Source of the DNA: Fimbriosthenelais zetlandica
Lineage: Eukaryota
Length of the DNA: 64,000 nt
Direction of reading: 5' to 3'
Assembly (NCBI GenBank): GCA_977030845.1
Contig: OZ365111.1
Coordinates: 9,052,001 to 9,116,000, forward strand
A model generated the notes under the pieces. It saw only the letters and a program-made list of their open reading frames with translations. It had not been told where the DNA came from and searched no databases. This document shows, one piece after another, positions 61,545 through 64,000 of the stretch. Position 1 is the stretch's first letter, and every line of letters begins with the position of its first letter. The position numbers were made by a program, and so were the translations under genes.

Positions 61545-61564
61545 GGGGGGGGGGGGGGGGGGGG
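61545..61564. repeat. Poly-G tract (G20)
   Basis: Read directly. Confidence 0.9.
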
Positions 61565-64000
61565 ATGTGTTATTTTCACTCTCAGTCTTCAGTTATGGCC
61601 GTAACTGGAGCTTTCATAAACAGAAACACTTTTGTTTCATTCACGTAAAAATCTTCAGATCCCCTTTCTCAGTTTTGAGTGGCACATCTCGTTTTGGGAA
61701 GTCTTCATCTGCTTTTACAAGTAGTGGATGTTCAGGAAGTTTGGTTGCTGAAATGTCATTAATCACACTTTCATTGACGACTCTTTCTATGGGAAATGCA
61801 GGTCTTGGAGATTTAGGCCAAGGAAAAAATACACAGAATTATTCCTTGAGTACAAGCTTATACTGAATATTATGCGATTCTGACTTGTAAAATAGCATAC
61901 ATTCTCATACTAATCGCCTCAATTTTAACTATTGGATATGGTGACATAATAATTTGGTGTCATAATAATTCCTATGAACCTTCAAAGGGAGAAAAGGAAT
62001 AATACTTTGGGATTCCATTAGTTTTAACCCAAAGTTACAAACCAGAATAATTACTTAACTACCTGTGTGTTTTTATGCTAGATCTTCAACAAAACGCCTT
62101 TTGTACTTGGCAAAACGCATGAAGCTCTAGCAGATGTATCTGTTGGTTGTTGTTGGCCTATGTTGGAGGTCTATTCTCCACACTATAGAGTCATGCCTGG
62201 CCTAGATATACCCAGGTTTAAGGACGAGTACAAGGACCCTGTACGCGGCAAATATTCCTACATTAGTACCTACATAATACGTATCAGCATGGAGGTCAGA
62301 AAATGCCTGATAACAGGATCCACTTGTGGGATACTTATCTATTGAGTTTAGTTAACTGTTCCACAGACCTGCTAAACTATTCCAAGAACAGGGACAGACA
62401 TAGAGAGAGGCCTATATCAAAGGATCTCTATCCTCGGCACTCGACTCAGCTGGACTACAGGAAATCTTTTGTAAATTTAAAAGCACAATTTTATATTTCG
62501 AACCAATTCCTGTTCTGGATATCCTATTGCAATATATAAATACTCCGAGTTGAATTAGTGGAATTGGATTATATACCTTCTATCAGTGCCACATATTTGA
62601 GGAAATTATAGGCTAACGTCTTCATTGGATGAATGCCAATCACTTGTGGATTCCATGTTCTACATAAATAACATATTTCTGTTAGACCTTGCATTGGGTA
62701 GGTAAACCAGGCAGGAAACATGCATGGTTTGGATAATAGGGCTAAAAGCAATGATGTAAAGTATGCCGCAGATTTGTCTCTATTAGTGTCAGTGTCAGAT
62801 TCGAGAGGGATAAAAGGGCAAGGTGTCACACTATACCTGTTTAAATGTCAACATGACCCTAGACTAGCTTACTTACCTGTCACCGACTCATGCCTTAACT
62901 ACTTTCACAGATTACAACACTCTGTCAACATCAAAGTCCATAGTACATGCATACATGTATAATTACATTGTATTTTAAAAATGTACTTTCGAGTAATATT
63001 TAATTGAGAAATTAATTCCTTAATTATTCGTACTTGTGTCCATCCATGTTTTCTGAAGCTTAATGGGGGTGGAGTCGGGGGTGGAACTTTTGAATTGTAG
63101 GCAGATATTATCATTTCACTGCCTGTTTCATAATACCATTAGGTCCTACTGAACTTTACCCTTTAATGGCCCTGTGGAAATCACCCACCAATCTGACTAC
63201 ATCATTCCATTACAAGTGGAACAAATGTGATTACAGTTGATATTTATGGCTTAAATAGTTGACACACGTGAATGTAATACATTTTTTTCAATTCATTTCT
63301 TTATTGAAGCTGCCTTTAGTAAAACTATTCATGTTATACCCTGGACCCAGATTATGACAGGACTGTCTAAGATTAATGATGTCACAGTATTTCCGTGCCA
63401 TATCCTGTTTTCCTGTGTCCAAAACTCTTGTCTTTAAGACACAAACATACATTTCCCATCCTTGAGAGGGGAATCAAATCTAGAATTACTGTATTCCTAT
63501 CTGACGAGGGTCATCCATGTTTATCGGGGGAGAACTTTGATCTTTCCAAAGTTTTTTGTGGTTGTATTAGATTGATTAGTATAATGGTGTCATGTCATGG
63601 CCATGGCACAGCAGGTTATATATCAACACCCCATAACATGAAATGACAGAGCGATTATGTATGGTACTGTACATACTGGGTGGTTCCACCATAGCTAACA
63701 CTGTCATGTATAATGATAAATAACTGGGGACGTGAACTCTTGTCTCATATGAATTCCTTCACCTCACTTTACTCTGCCAAATTATATTTATACATAGATA
63801 AATATCTTGGATCCAGAGCTTTAATATAAACACTTAATTTAGAATGTATTACATGTACTTCCTATTAGGTGCTCACTGCCAAGACTCAAAAATGCCTCAA
63901 AGATGGCAAGATAGTTTCTTTCTCCACAAAGTGAGAAAATGTTTGAGATTTGAGTGTACAATGATCCATTCTTTTTCTTTATTTTCTCAATGGGCATATA

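Noticed and set aside
62160-62215. Third possible phase-2 alternative SSH first exon (MLEVYSPHYRVMPGLDIP)
   Set aside because: The donor GTTTAA is weak, so this is likely chance.

Overview
AT-rich, intron-rich eukaryotic genomic DNA. Gene content and architecture suggest an invertebrate animal, possibly a lophotrochozoan (inference only). Manual splicing gives eight protein-coding loci: (1) an uncharacterised 3-exon + strand gene (1124-2821); (2) PNLDC1/Trimmer (-, 3296-8131); (3) TCTN2 with a long N-terminal extension (+, 8481-18156); (4) MND1 (-, 18682-19936); (5) TMCO6 (+, 20319-24008); (6) an unnamed ~1110-aa protein with an N-terminal Z-alpha/Z-beta-type winged-helix domain, an ~800-aa prion-like disordered region and two tandem C-terminal CARDs (-, 24943-30420), preceded by NF-kB-type and CRE motifs; (7) EFCAB5 (-, 31353-42211); (8) the first two coding exons of Slingshot phosphatase (+, from 42937), whose second intron apparently runs past the window end. 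Six of the genes form three head-to-head pairs. The most interesting candidate system is locus 6, a putative immune-inducible Z-nucleic-acid sensor wired directly to CARD signalling. The SSH intron also carries a cluster of RFX X-box motifs and two candidate alternative first exons. All homology calls come from remembered family motifs; no database search was run.
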